A stretch of 64,000 nt of DNA. Origin: the human T2T-CHM13v2.0 reference genome, Homo sapiens. The notes below the pieces were generated by a model. The model worked only from the letters and a program-made list of their open reading frames with translations. It had not been told where the DNA came from and made no database searches. Location: assembly GCF_009914755.1 (NCBI RefSeq), contig NC_060925.1. One strand, given 5' to 3'. Of the stretch, positions 1 to 16,900 are shown piece after piece. The position numbers were made by a program, and so were the translations under genes. Every line of letters starts with the position of its first letter. Position 1 is the stretch's first letter.

Positions 1-520
<520 letters not shown>

Positions 521-774
521 TTAATATACCATTAGGGGTTCTTAATGTGGGGTCCATGGACTCCTCCAGAGTCTGAAAAATCCCTAAAGTTGTATCTTTG
601 TGCACTTGGGCATTTTTCCAGAAAAAGGATCCAGGAAAATGTAATCAGATGTCAAAAGTTAAGAACTAAGGAACTGTGTGGCCTCAGGCAAATTCCTTAA
701 CTTCTCTGGGCTTCAATCACTTCATCATAAAGAAGAAGTGAGTAAATGTCAATTGTTTTTTCCTTTCCCCTCTA

Positions 775-1375
<601 letters not shown>

Positions 1376-1506
1376 CTACCACTTATTCTCATGTTTCCTG
1401 AGTGCCTTCCAGAGACAGGCACTTCTAGGGACTGGAGCTACAGTGCGATGCACACTGCTTTGTCTGCCTTTTAGCCTTAACCCATTGAGTTTAGGATAAA
1501 TGGTAG

Positions 1507-2350
<844 letters not shown>

Positions 2351-2408
2351 CAAAGAGTTTTTAAAAGTCCACCCTGTACCCACTCTGTGGTTCTGGGACG
2401 TGCCTCAC

Positions 2409-2527
2409 CTGGACCGGCACGTTGTACTTCTTGCGTTTCTGGAAGATGCCCACGGGGTAGACCTCGCGCACGTAGAGGATGAGATGCACAGCCACCTCCA
2501 GGAACTCGCAGAGCACATCGGCCACCA
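2409..2527 (-). CDS. MAD2L2: MAD2L2 (REV7, HORMA-domain protein) second coding exon, 119 nt; later exons lie beyond the window start
   Basis: Encodes [40 protein letters not shown], matching REV7. Acceptor CCCCCCTGCAG|TG, donor CAG|GTGAGG. 40+119=159 nt (53 codons). Confidence 0.97.
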
Positions 2528-2617
2528 CTGCAGGGGGGCACAAGCCGGTGGCGCGCTCGAGGAAGCCCGCCGGCCCAGACGCCCCCGCCCCCGGGCCCGC
2601 AGGTCCAGCCTCCCTAC

Positions 2618-2657
2618 CTTGGCCAAAGTTGAGGTCTTGTCGTGTGAGCGTGGTCAT
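2618..2657 (-). CDS. MAD2L2: MAD2L2 first coding exon (ATG at 2657; exon spans 2669-2618 with 12 nt of 5'UTR)
   Basis: [13 protein letters not shown] is the REV7 N-terminus. Acceptor CACTCAG|GTAGCGGGAAGGATG, donor AAG|GTAGGG. Confidence 0.97.
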
Positions 2658-3094
2658 CCTTCCCGCTACCTGAGTGTTGGGGCAAGGGCAGAGGGTAGTT
2701 CCAGAGACCCAGGAGCCCAGAACCCGCTCGCTTCCACCGTCTCTTCCCTCCCCACAGTCTGTGGGAACTGGGGAAGGACCTCCCGCTTCGCACAGGCTCA
2801 GGGCAGCTGGAAGAACCTCCACCCCCACGCTGGCGTCCGTGCTTGGGGGCATCAGCCTCTATCCACTGGCCGCCCGCGCCCCCTCGCCCCGCTGTCTCGC
2901 GGGGTGGAAAGACCACAGCTGTGCCCCCGAAAAGGGCAGGGCCGCGGACGCAGAGGGAAACAGCGGGATGCCCAGGGCCGGGAGCGCAAAGCGGGACATG
3001 CGGAAAGCGAAGCGGGGTTGGAATAAGACTCCGCCCCCTGCTACGCCGGATCCCTCCCGGCGGGAATCCCGCCCCCTCTCCCCTCCCCCAGTAC

Positions 3095-3250
3095 CGGCTC
3101 TGCGCTCGGTTCCCGCCCGAGATCGGGCCCGGCCCCGCCGCGGGGAGCCACCGACCGGACCGATCGCGCCTCCCGCTCAACCCGGGGCCTCGGCGCCGCT
3201 CGGTGACGTTCACGGCGCTCCGGTGGGTCCTAGCGCCCGCCCCGCCCAGG
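3095..3250 (-). other. MAD2L2: MAD2L2 proximal non-coding exon (5' boundary uncertain)
   Basis: Donor-like CCG|GTACTG at 3095/3094 inside the CpG island, ~425 nt upstream of the 2669 acceptor. TSS cannot be determined from sequence. Confidence 0.6.
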
Positions 3251-5483
3251 CCACGCCCATTCCCGCACGGCCCAAACCGGGCCTCGCAGAGGGCGGTTCC
3301 GCATGCGGGGGCGGGTCTCCGAGGGGCGGGGGCCGGGCCTCGGCGTCCGGGAGGGGCTGAGACCCGCCGCGCCACCTCCCTTCAACTTCGGGTGGGCGCG
3401 AAGAAAACACAACGTTGATCTCCACGTTCCATTGGATCGCTACATATCTTCCCCCGAGGGCATTTCTCTCGCTTTAGCAGGCGCCGGAAGAGGGCTGGGG
3501 AGGGACGGGGGAGCGCGCAGCTGGGGACTAACGGCAGCCACATCTGAGCTAGCCCGAGTCACCATCCCTGCAGCTGCCCACGCAAAAGCGAATCCTCTGG
3601 CTCGGGGGCGGGAACAGGGGAGGACAGGATTGTACCGGTTGTCAAGGCCCGGGTGAAATTTTAAAAATAAAAAAAAGAGGGCGTGCACCGGCGTCGCCCC
3701 TGCTCCGCCCCCACCGGGTACCTAAATGCAGCCTGGCCTGACCGCCCAAGAGGATGAACCCTCCCCGCCCTACGCTTCATAACAATAGCTGACCTTTTTG
3801 GAGCTCCAGCCGAGTGCTGGGCACTGGGCTAAGTGTGTCCGTGGATTATCTCAGTCCTGGGAGTAACTCCATGAGGCAGTTACTGTGACTGTTCTCTTTA
3901 TACAGATAAGTCAAGCGAGGTGCAGAAGGGTGAATAACCTGCCCGAGTCTCCCAGCTGGTGGGGTGGGCGATGGCCGAGGTGCCTCCTGCCACTACATTT
4001 TACTGCTCCCAAGTCCCCCAGGGGCGTGGACTCGGTCTGGAAGTCCTGTAAGGGCCCTCAGAGATGATATTATTAAAATAATAAAAAATAATGACTAACA
4101 TCGAGCACTTCTTATGTGTCAAACACTGATTCCGTTAATTCTCTCATTAACCCTAGCAGCTAAGTCTCCATTTTATAGCCCCACTTTACAGATGGTTAAA
4201 CAGGCCCAGAAACGTTCTCTAATTCGCCAAAATCACACAGTGGGAATACAAACCCAGCTCTGATGCCTCTTCTGACACCAGGGCTTCCACTTATTTACAG
4301 CCCCCTTATTTTACAAGTGAGAAAACTAAGATCTGAGAAGCAGCTACGGAGTTAGTGGGCAACAAGTCAGGACCAGAAGCCAAGAGGACTTTGTCTGTGA
4401 CCTCCAGGGACGTAAGAGCTTGTTAGTCCCATCCGTCTGTTTGGACACAGATCTAGCCAGACTTGTTTATCGTTTACAGCTCATTATAGAAGACCTGGAT
4501 CCCTCCCCCCGCCCCCTGATGCCTTCAAACCTGCATTTCCAGACTTCTAATGGGGAGAGAAAAAGTAACCTGTAAGTAACCCATTAAGCTAGGAATGTCA
4601 GCAAAACATTTCTTCAAATGCAGTCCTAGGAAATCTGCATCAGAATCCCCCAGGAGCCCATTAATCACAGCTGCCCTGCTGCCTAGAGCAACCTGATCGA
4701 GGTGGGGTGCACAGCAGGGCACTGGCCCTTTAACAAGCTCCCCAGGGGCCCGGATGCCCAGCAAAGTGTGGGAATCACCACAGAGGTTTGGACTGTTCCC
4801 AGAGAATATCTTCATTTTGTAAAAATGCGATGCATTTTGTAAAATTGTGATGTAAAATCATCCATCCAAAGGGATGGATGATTTTGTTTTAGGAACTGGT
4901 GCACTTGGCAGCACATTCTGGGCACAGCAACCATTCTCAAGATATGGGGATCCTGCACACATCATGCCATTTCCACACAGAGCTGGCCAAGCAACTCACT
5001 GGCTTATACACAGAGTTCCGTGGCTCCTTGAGACTGACTCATTGCAGAACTTGGGAAAAGCAAGGGTCTTTCCTTTCCCTCTCTGGAGGCTGCTTAAGCA
5101 GCTTTTGCATTGGTGACAGGCAGTGGCAGTCATAGGGGGCAACTCCTTGCAAAGGAGCCCTTCAGACTGGGGCCTGGGGTGGGGAAACTGAGAGCCAAGT
5201 GACTCCTGTGGGATGGCCTTCAGGACACAGTGTGAGGGGCATTGGGGCTCAAGTCAGGCCCTCCCTCCATGAGCTCCCAGCCCCAGCCCTCTGCCCTGAG
5301 AAAACACAATACGAGCCACCCGTAGAACTCCTGACACACAGAGCTAAGAACGTCAGAAAAACCTTGGAGGACATAAACTCAACTGTCATTTTTCCTTGGG
5401 GAAACTGAGGTCCCAACAGCTCTTGACACTGGAGTACCCACCCTGTCAACTAGAAACCTGTGGATAAAAATATCTGGGTTTGC

Positions 5484-5737
5484 AAATATCATATGTTCTC
5501 ACTTGTAAGTGGGAGTTAACCTATGAGGATGCAAAGGCATAGGAATGATATATTGGACTTTGGGGACTCGGGGGGAAGGAAGGGTGGGAAGGTGAGGGAA
5601 GGGTGGGAAGGTGAGGGACAAAAGACTACATACTGGGTACAGTGTACACTGCTGAGGTGATGGATGCACCAAAATCTCAGCAGTCACCACTAAATAACTT
5701 ACCCATGTAACCAAAAATTATTGCAATTAAAAAAAAA
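5484..5737 (+). mobile_element. L1 (L1PB-like) 3' end fragment
   Basis: ATGTTCTCACTTGTAAGTGGGAG...GGGTACAGTGTACACTGC...GATGGATGCACCAAAATCTCAG...CATGTAACCAAA plus A-tail. Confidence 0.8.
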
Positions 5738-5741
5738 CGTC

Positions 5742-6097
<356 letters not shown>

Positions 6098-6983
6098 TTA
6101 GGAAGCAGATGGGGAGGGATTCAAACCCATCTGACCCCAAACCCCTAAAAGGCTTCAGTCTCATTAGTGAAATGAACAGGCCAGATAGATGTTCCCTAAA
6201 CCTCTGATGGCCTCAGTTTCCATGGGGGCGGGGGCAGGGGCAGGGGGCCGAGTCAGCATGGGCCCATCCGGGGAGCTCTGCCAACACTCCATCCATGCGC
6301 TCTTCAGCATCTGGTTTTGCATATCTTAATCGCATCAGCATGATGGATGGTTGTGGGATCCAGATTACATTATGGGGTTAATTTATTACATTTTTGAACA
6401 TCCGTCTGCTGGGAGACTGTTGTTCAAAGTTATTTGCATATTTTTCACCATAATGACAATATGTAGGAGGGCGGCTGGGAAGGAAGGATGGGTGTTTAGG
6501 GGGAGCAAGAGTTTATTTGCCAACTAGAGCAGGTCCCTGAGGATCTCTGATGGGGACGGAGGGAAAATCACTCCCAAGAGACACTGAAATGGAAACTGAG
6601 AAGGTGAGCTGTGAGCACCAGCCCAGCAAAGAGGAAGACCTGCTCGGGCAGAGGAGGACTGCTGGGGTTTATGGAACAAACCCACAGTGAGTGAACCGGG
6701 CAATGAAGTTTCCAGACCCCAGAAATGATTCCAAGACCCCTCCCATCCCCACCAGGCTGATGGCAGAATGAATCAGCTCTCCCACCCTGCCTAAGGTTCC
6801 CAGGACACCAATCACATGGGTATGGGGGACATACAGAGTGAGACACACATAGCCTGGTGACAATCTCCTGATATCCTGACGCTCAGGGGCCCATCCAGTT
6901 GCAATGCTCCGGGGCAGGGACCCAGCCCTCATTCATTATTTCAATATAGTGCCTGGCCAAATTCAGGTTCTCTCTCTCTCTCT

Positions 6984-9732
<2,749 letters not shown>

Positions 9733-10335
9733 CTGGACTTGCCAATACGGAACATTCCATATAAAAGTAATTGTACAAAATATGGTCTTTTATGTCTGGC
9801 TTGTTCCACTTAGCATAATGTTTTCAAGATTCATCCAGGTCGAATCACATATTGATACTTCATTCCTTCGTAGAACCAAAATACTCCCGTGTATGGATAG
9901 ACCACATCTGCTTATCCAGTCATCAGTTGATGAATATTGGAGCCTGCTTTGGCCCCTCAAGTACCTCATTTTACAGACAAGGAAACTGAGGCCCTAAAGT
10001 CATCATAAACTGGATGGGATAGGAGTCCAGGCCTCTCCTAACATCCACCTTTTCATATTGTGTCACCCCAGCTCCAAGCACATCGGAAGATCACCCAGCC
10101 AGGGGACAGCCACAGTAGCAGCATTTGAACCAGAGACTCCAAGGTTTTTCTCCTGGCTCATGAATACTGGCCCACAGCTCTATCCTTGGCGACGCAAATC
10201 ATGCTGGCTGCACACTGCCCCCTCTCCCAGGCCCAGGTGACCATCATCTCTTCTCTGCCACAGTACTTAGCTGGTCTCTTGCTTTCACCCTTGTCCCACT
10301 GCAGACTACTCCCAACCTTAGGAATCAGCACACGT

Positions 10336-10659
<324 letters not shown>

Positions 10660-10740
10660 CTAAGTCGGATCATGTCTCTGCTCTGCTCATGGTCCCTCTA
10701 AAAAGCTCAAGTCCTCCCTGTGGCCTTTGCAGGCTCACAT

Positions 10741-11904
<1,164 letters not shown>

Positions 11905-11909
11905 ACATG

Positions 11910-12350
11910 GTCCTATCCCAGCTCCCTGTCTGATGTCACCTCACTCTGTTCCAGACTGACTCTTCTCCACCAAACACACCAAGCACACTCCCGCTCCAGG
12001 ACCTTTGCAGTGGCTCTTCTGCTTGCAAGTCTTCTCCCCACAACCACGTGGCTCATTACCTCCTTTTCTTTGCCAAAAGAACTGCCCCAGCAAAGAGGCC
12101 TTTCCTAATAACTTTATGTAAAACAACACCTCGTCCCTTCATGCTTTGTCTGTAATGTGCTTTACTTTTCTTCATAGCACTAATCACCACCTGACATCAT
12201 TTATATTTATTTGTTCACTTATCTTCTGTCTCCTTCACTAGAATCTGAGCTCCATGGGGGCAGGGATTCTTGTCCATGTTGTTTACTACTGTACCTCCGG
12301 TGCCGGCACATAGTAGGTGTTCAATAGGTATTTATGGGATGGATGACTCA
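11910..12350 (+). mobile_element. L2 LINE 3' fragment
   Basis: CTAGAATCTGAGCTCCATGGGGGCAGGGA...GGCACATAGTAGGTGTTCAATA is typical of the L2 3' end. Confidence 0.7.
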
Positions 12351-12978
12351 AACCTTTCAGTGAATAAACAGTTCAGTGTTCTCATCAATCCATCCTGGTG
12401 CCCACCAAGCTAATAATATCACGGTAACAATGGCAGCTAATTTTACAGGAGCATTTCCTATGGGCCAGACCTTAGAAACGTTATCTCCTTACACAGGGCA
12501 CTGCATTCACGCCTAGAACACTGAAATTTAGGTATAATCATGAGCTCAGAGGTCAGGCGACTTGCTCGAGGTCATAGGGGACGGCATCAGAAGAGGAACA
12601 CAGACATTTAGCCTGACGGCAGAACTGTGTTCTAAAACCTCAAAGTCATAATTTGCCACACGCTGGAGAAAGAAAACAGTCGAAATGGAAGCCACCTGGC
12701 GAGCTCAGGGCGCCAGGTGGGAGCGCTGCTTCCCACATATGGGAGTCCGGCCCCATCGCTCTTTGATCTTTGCAGCGTCCGTGGCCCCACCGACCCCGTC
12801 GTGAGTTATGGGAGGCACGGGACCCATAACCCAGCATTCTCAGACTCCCAGGGTCGTCAGGACACGGCGCCCCGCGCGGTGATGGATGAGCCGGCCCCAG
12901 CGCTGGCTTTGTCCGGGTTGGGCCGGTCTGAGAAGCTTCAGGCCGGCTTTGGACGGGGCGTGGCGAGAGCCGCGCCGC

Positions 12979-13016
12979 GTGTGAGTGTGTGTGTGTGTGT
13001 GTTTGTGTGTGTGTGT
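12979..13016. repeat. Imperfect (TG)n microsatellite in the CpG island
   Basis: GTGTGAGTGTGTGTGTGTGTGTGTTTGTGTGTGTGTGT. Confidence 0.9.
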
Positions 13017-13467
13017 ATTGGGGCGGTTGTCTTTCTCCCTTCCCTACCGGGAAAGAGGGCACAGGTGCGCCGTCAGCGCCCCAGGTGAGCTGGTAGCACT
13101 TTGAAGACCCTTTGTACCCCTACATCCAGGAGCGACCTCTCGGAGAACCCCGCCTGCCCACTCTGCGCACTTTCTGCGGCTACAAAGGCCCCGCCGTTCC
13201 CCGTCCCGCCTCCCCCGCCCTGGGCATTTCTTCCGTCCCTTTTGACAGTCTAGGCGGAATAATCCTTTTGTGGCCCCGGGCCCCTGCCCTGACAGACGCG
13301 GCCGCAGCTGAGCGCGCAGCCTCGCTCCATTGTTGGGGTCCACCGAGGACCGCCCGCCGCGGCCCTTTGTCGCCCGCCCTGCGCGGGGCCGCTCCAGAGG
13401 CGCCACAACTGCCGGAGCCCCTCCCGTCCCACGCGCCCTGGGCCGCGCCGAGGCGGCTCTTACGCAC

Positions 13468-13700
13468 CGGGAGGAGTGGGCCTGCCTCGCCCGGTGCCCG
13501 CACGGCTGCTGGGCTGCGCCCGCCTTTGTCTGCCTCCTTTGTCTGCCCCGCGCCCTCGCGGCGGCGGCGCCTAGGCCTCTGGGGAGCTGGCCCAGAACTC
13601 AGAGCGCAGCTGGCGAGGGCGCGCTGGCCGGGTGCGCGCCGGGCCCGGCCCCGGGGCTGCCCCTCGGCTGGGGGCAGTCGAGCCCGCCACCCGCCGCCCC
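13468..13700 (-). other. MAD2L2: Probable distal non-coding first exon of MAD2L2
   Basis: Minus-strand donor CCG|GTGCGTAAGA at 13468/13467 in the CpG island. Agrees with my recollection of a long MAD2L2 isoform starting head-to-head with DRAXIN (not verified). Confidence 0.5.
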
Positions 13701-13765
13701 TCCTCTGTCCCCTCCCCGCGCTCCCGCCCCCTTCCCTCCTGCCCGCCCACTCCCCCTTCCTTCCA

Positions 13766-13908
13766 GTCCCGCTCAGCCCGGGCACATCCTCCGGCTGCCC
13801 GCGCACCTCTCCACGCCGGCCCCGTTCCGCGGCTCGCCCTCGGCTGCGCTCGGCTCCCGCGGGCGCTCGGCCCCGAGCCCCTCCTCCCCCTACCCGCCGG
13901 CCGGACAG
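13766..13908 (+). other. DRAXIN: DRAXIN non-coding exon 1 (start approximate)
   Basis: Near-consensus donor CAG|GTAAGG at 13908/13909 in the CpG island. The coding exon 2 has an acceptor and only 10 nt before the ATG, so an upstream exon is required. Confidence 0.75.
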
Positions 13909-16900
13909 GTAAGGCACGGCCTCGGCCCGCCCCTGGCTCCGCCCCTCCCGCCCCACCTGGCTGCGAGCCCGGACAAAGGTGGGCTACCTGGCGCGCCCAG
14001 GGGCGGGGTGCGCGGGGTCCCGAGGCTGGAAGTGAGGATGCTGCCTCCTTCCCAGCCCTCGGACCCGTCTATCCGCCAGTCCTTCCGCCGCCTCCTCTCC
14101 TCGCCGCGTCTGCCCACGGACCCTGGCTCTGCTCCCGGGCTCCCCATCCGTCCACCTACCGCTGGACGCCCACTTTTCCACGCTCTGACACTCGGCCTCG
14201 CGCGCGCCCTCGCCGCCCTCTGGGGTCCCGGCTCGCACCTACTCTCCTCGGCACTAGCCTTCTCTCTCCCTGACCCAGTCTCCCTTTGTCTCTCTGTCTC
14301 TGAGTCTCCGGGTGGTCTCTCAGGCAGGGGGCCCCAGTCCGCCACCGTTGGAAGAAGTCTTCGAAGACTCCCTGAGCCCCGGGCAGAGCTGGCGGGCGTG
14401 CCCTCCAGCCCCTTTCGAGGCCGCCCAGGAGGCTGGGGTGTGTGGCCGGGGTCGCTGAGTGCGCCCGGAACCAGCACCGCCGGTGGCCCCGCGCCGTCCC
14501 ATCTGTGCCCAGGAAGGTACTCAGCCTGGCTCCCCCGACGGCGCTGGTCTTTCGCCTGTGGTCTCCCGCTCTGTCCCTCCTGCTCCCCACCGCCGGCTTT
14601 TGGCTTTTCTCCGTCCGCTCGTCAAGGGTCTCAGCCGCCTTCGGGGCCGGGGTATGAGATGAGAGAGGGCTGGGGTTTCCCGCCAAGTCTTTCTTGCTTT
14701 CCTCAGCTGGGTGCTCCCTGGGCCATCCTCTCCGCCCGGTGGTCTCCCCTGCCCTATATGCTCCCTCCACGCTGCCCACCTCCCAGCCCAGTGACACACT
14801 GGTGTCTGGAACCGGTTCAGTACTATGCATCTGGAGTCGGGTACACTGGGGCTCTGGGAGTGATCTCGGACAAAGGAATGCACCTCTCTGAGCCTCAGTG
14901 TTCCTGTCACAAAACAGGGATGGTGCTAGTCCCTACCTATAGGGATGTGTGTGGAAATTGTGGGGTGCCGCTTGGTGCTGGTTCACACACCCTGTGGAGG
15001 AAGGGAGGGGAGGGGAGGGGAGTCTACAGACCTGGGATGGGGTGGGGACAGGGGGCTCCACAGAAATGGATCTCAAAGTCAAGGCTTAGAGACACTTCAG
15101 AGTAACCCCACCACCACAGCCTCTTCCCCCATCACACTTCCTGTCACCTTCACCTCCTCGTGCCCATACAGGCGTCCACACCCTTGCAAGCACTCTTCTC
15201 TTTCTCTCTCTCCTCCTCTTTGCTTGTCCTAAAATCAGCTAAAACAATCAGGGCCAATGGGTCACTTTTTTTCAAAATGAGATCAGTGTGGCTGAGCTGG
15301 TGTTGCCAACAACTGATCACCCATCAGAAGGCGTCCGGTGACTCACCCCCAATTCTGAACCTCAGTCTTGGCTTGATGCCTTTAATAGCGGCACCAGCTC
15401 ACAGGCCACTTCCTTTCCTCTGAGGGGATTGTCTTGCTGGCTCCTGGACCTGCTGTGTGCTTGCCCAAGCCCCCTGACCACTGTCTAGGTGGTCATAACA
15501 TGTGACACACCACTCCAGGAGTCTGGCAGTGACGTGGCCTGAGTGTCTTAATGAGGGCAACTTCAGAAGAGGGAAACCTCCCAGCTGGCAGGTTCCAGGC
15601 TCCCCTGGCTGAGTTCTTATTTCAGCCACAGCCAGGGCTGGCAACTGGAACCTTTCTCTTTAGAGGCAAGAACGGCTGGATATCCCCACGACATCCCCCA
15701 TCCAGGCTCCTGCTCGAAATCCGACCTGGCAGACAGGCCCTACTTTGGTGAACCCGGCCCTTCATACCATCTCTACCCCCTGCCTTCTGCAGCAAAGCCA
15801 GCTCAGAGGCTCGGGAACCTTGCTCAGGTCCTCTCTGCTCTCTCCGCTGCCTTCCTCCCCACTATTCAATTCATCGCCCTCCCAGTCCATAGTCCTCAGT
15901 GGCTCACTGTGGCCACTCAGTTAACTACAGAGACCTCAGCCCAGCCTAGCCCTGTCCTGCCTGCCTCCCAGCATTGTCCCCTCTGCGTCCCAGGTTGCAG
16001 CCACGATGGAGAACTGACCATCTCCACAGTCTGCCCTCCTCTGAGCTTTTGCTAGGGCTCTTTCTGCCCTGCCCTGTGTTTGATCTCAGCCCTCTGTCTT
16101 TGCTGACCAAGGAGGTCTGATGTCCTCTCCTGTGGGAAGCACCCCGGCACTCCCTTGCCTCCCTATCTCTTGTGAACTGCACGGCATAATCCCTATCTGG
16201 GAGGGGTCTGCTCCTCCCTGGGTGGGGGCTGGGTCTCCTTCTGCTTGTGGTCCCAGTGCCTGGCACGCAGTAGGGGCTCTGTGCACACCTGTTATATTGA
16301 ATGTGATTCCTGGTCAAAGGCACAGGAATGAACTGAAAACTGCAAGCCCCAGTGTCTTGCTGAGTTCTGCTGGGTCCTGCTGGTGGGGCCAGGGCGGAGC
16401 TGGCCCTCTGGCTGGGGAGGTTGGAGGGGGAGCAAGCTGCCCGGAAACCCCTGTGATACTGAGGCCCTGTATCACTCTGGAAAATGAGGGTGGTCTCTGT
16501 GCCTGTTATAGGGGTAGAAACTGAGACCAGAGAACGAAGTGGCTCACCCCAGCCGTGCAGATTGGGTTTGAAGCCCAGCTGATCACTTAGCAGCTGTGGG
16601 ACCCAGAGGGAGTTCCTTCACGTGTGTCGGCCAGGAATGTGATGGAGCAGGGACTTGCATCCCAGCCTCCCCGAACTTCCCTCAGAGGCATGAGCATGTT
16701 CCTGGGGGGCAGGTCATAGGAGCACCCCTGTTCTGGCCCAGTGGGTTGGAGCTGCCTCCCTCTTGCTCCGCTGGCCCTCTCTGCATGCCCTACTCCAGCC
16801 TTCCTTCTCAGGGGTGAGTCGCTGTGGCCAGTGGTCCCCAAGAAGAAGAAGGTTGTGGGAGGATGGCTGAATCCTTGCCAGTAGAGGCTCTGCCACCCCA

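Larger units (their letters stand above)
2400..3780. promoter_or_regulatory. CpG island / MAD2L2 proximal promoter
   Basis: Very high GC and CpG density. Contains GC boxes, CCGCATGCGG (3299-3308), GGCGCGAA (3395-3402) and ATTGG/CCAAT (3431-3435). Confidence 0.88.
12650..14650. promoter_or_regulatory. Large CpG island: DRAXIN promoter, probably divergent with a distal MAD2L2 promoter
   Basis: ~2 kb CpG-rich, interspersed-repeat-free block with splice donors on both strands pointing away from each other (13908 on +, 13468 on -). Confidence 0.88.

Noticed and set aside
2400-3418. 190-250 aa ORFs across the MAD2L2 promoter
   Set aside because: CpG-island artefacts or antisense shadows of the real exons.
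13330-15105. 591-aa plus-strand ORF and overlapping 200-270 aa ORFs in the DRAXIN CpG island
   Set aside because: Non-ATG start, Pro/Ala/Gly/Arg-rich with no recognisable domain, long ORFs in several frames on both strands, and it crosses the exon-1 donor. This is the expected stop-codon depletion of very GC-rich DNA.
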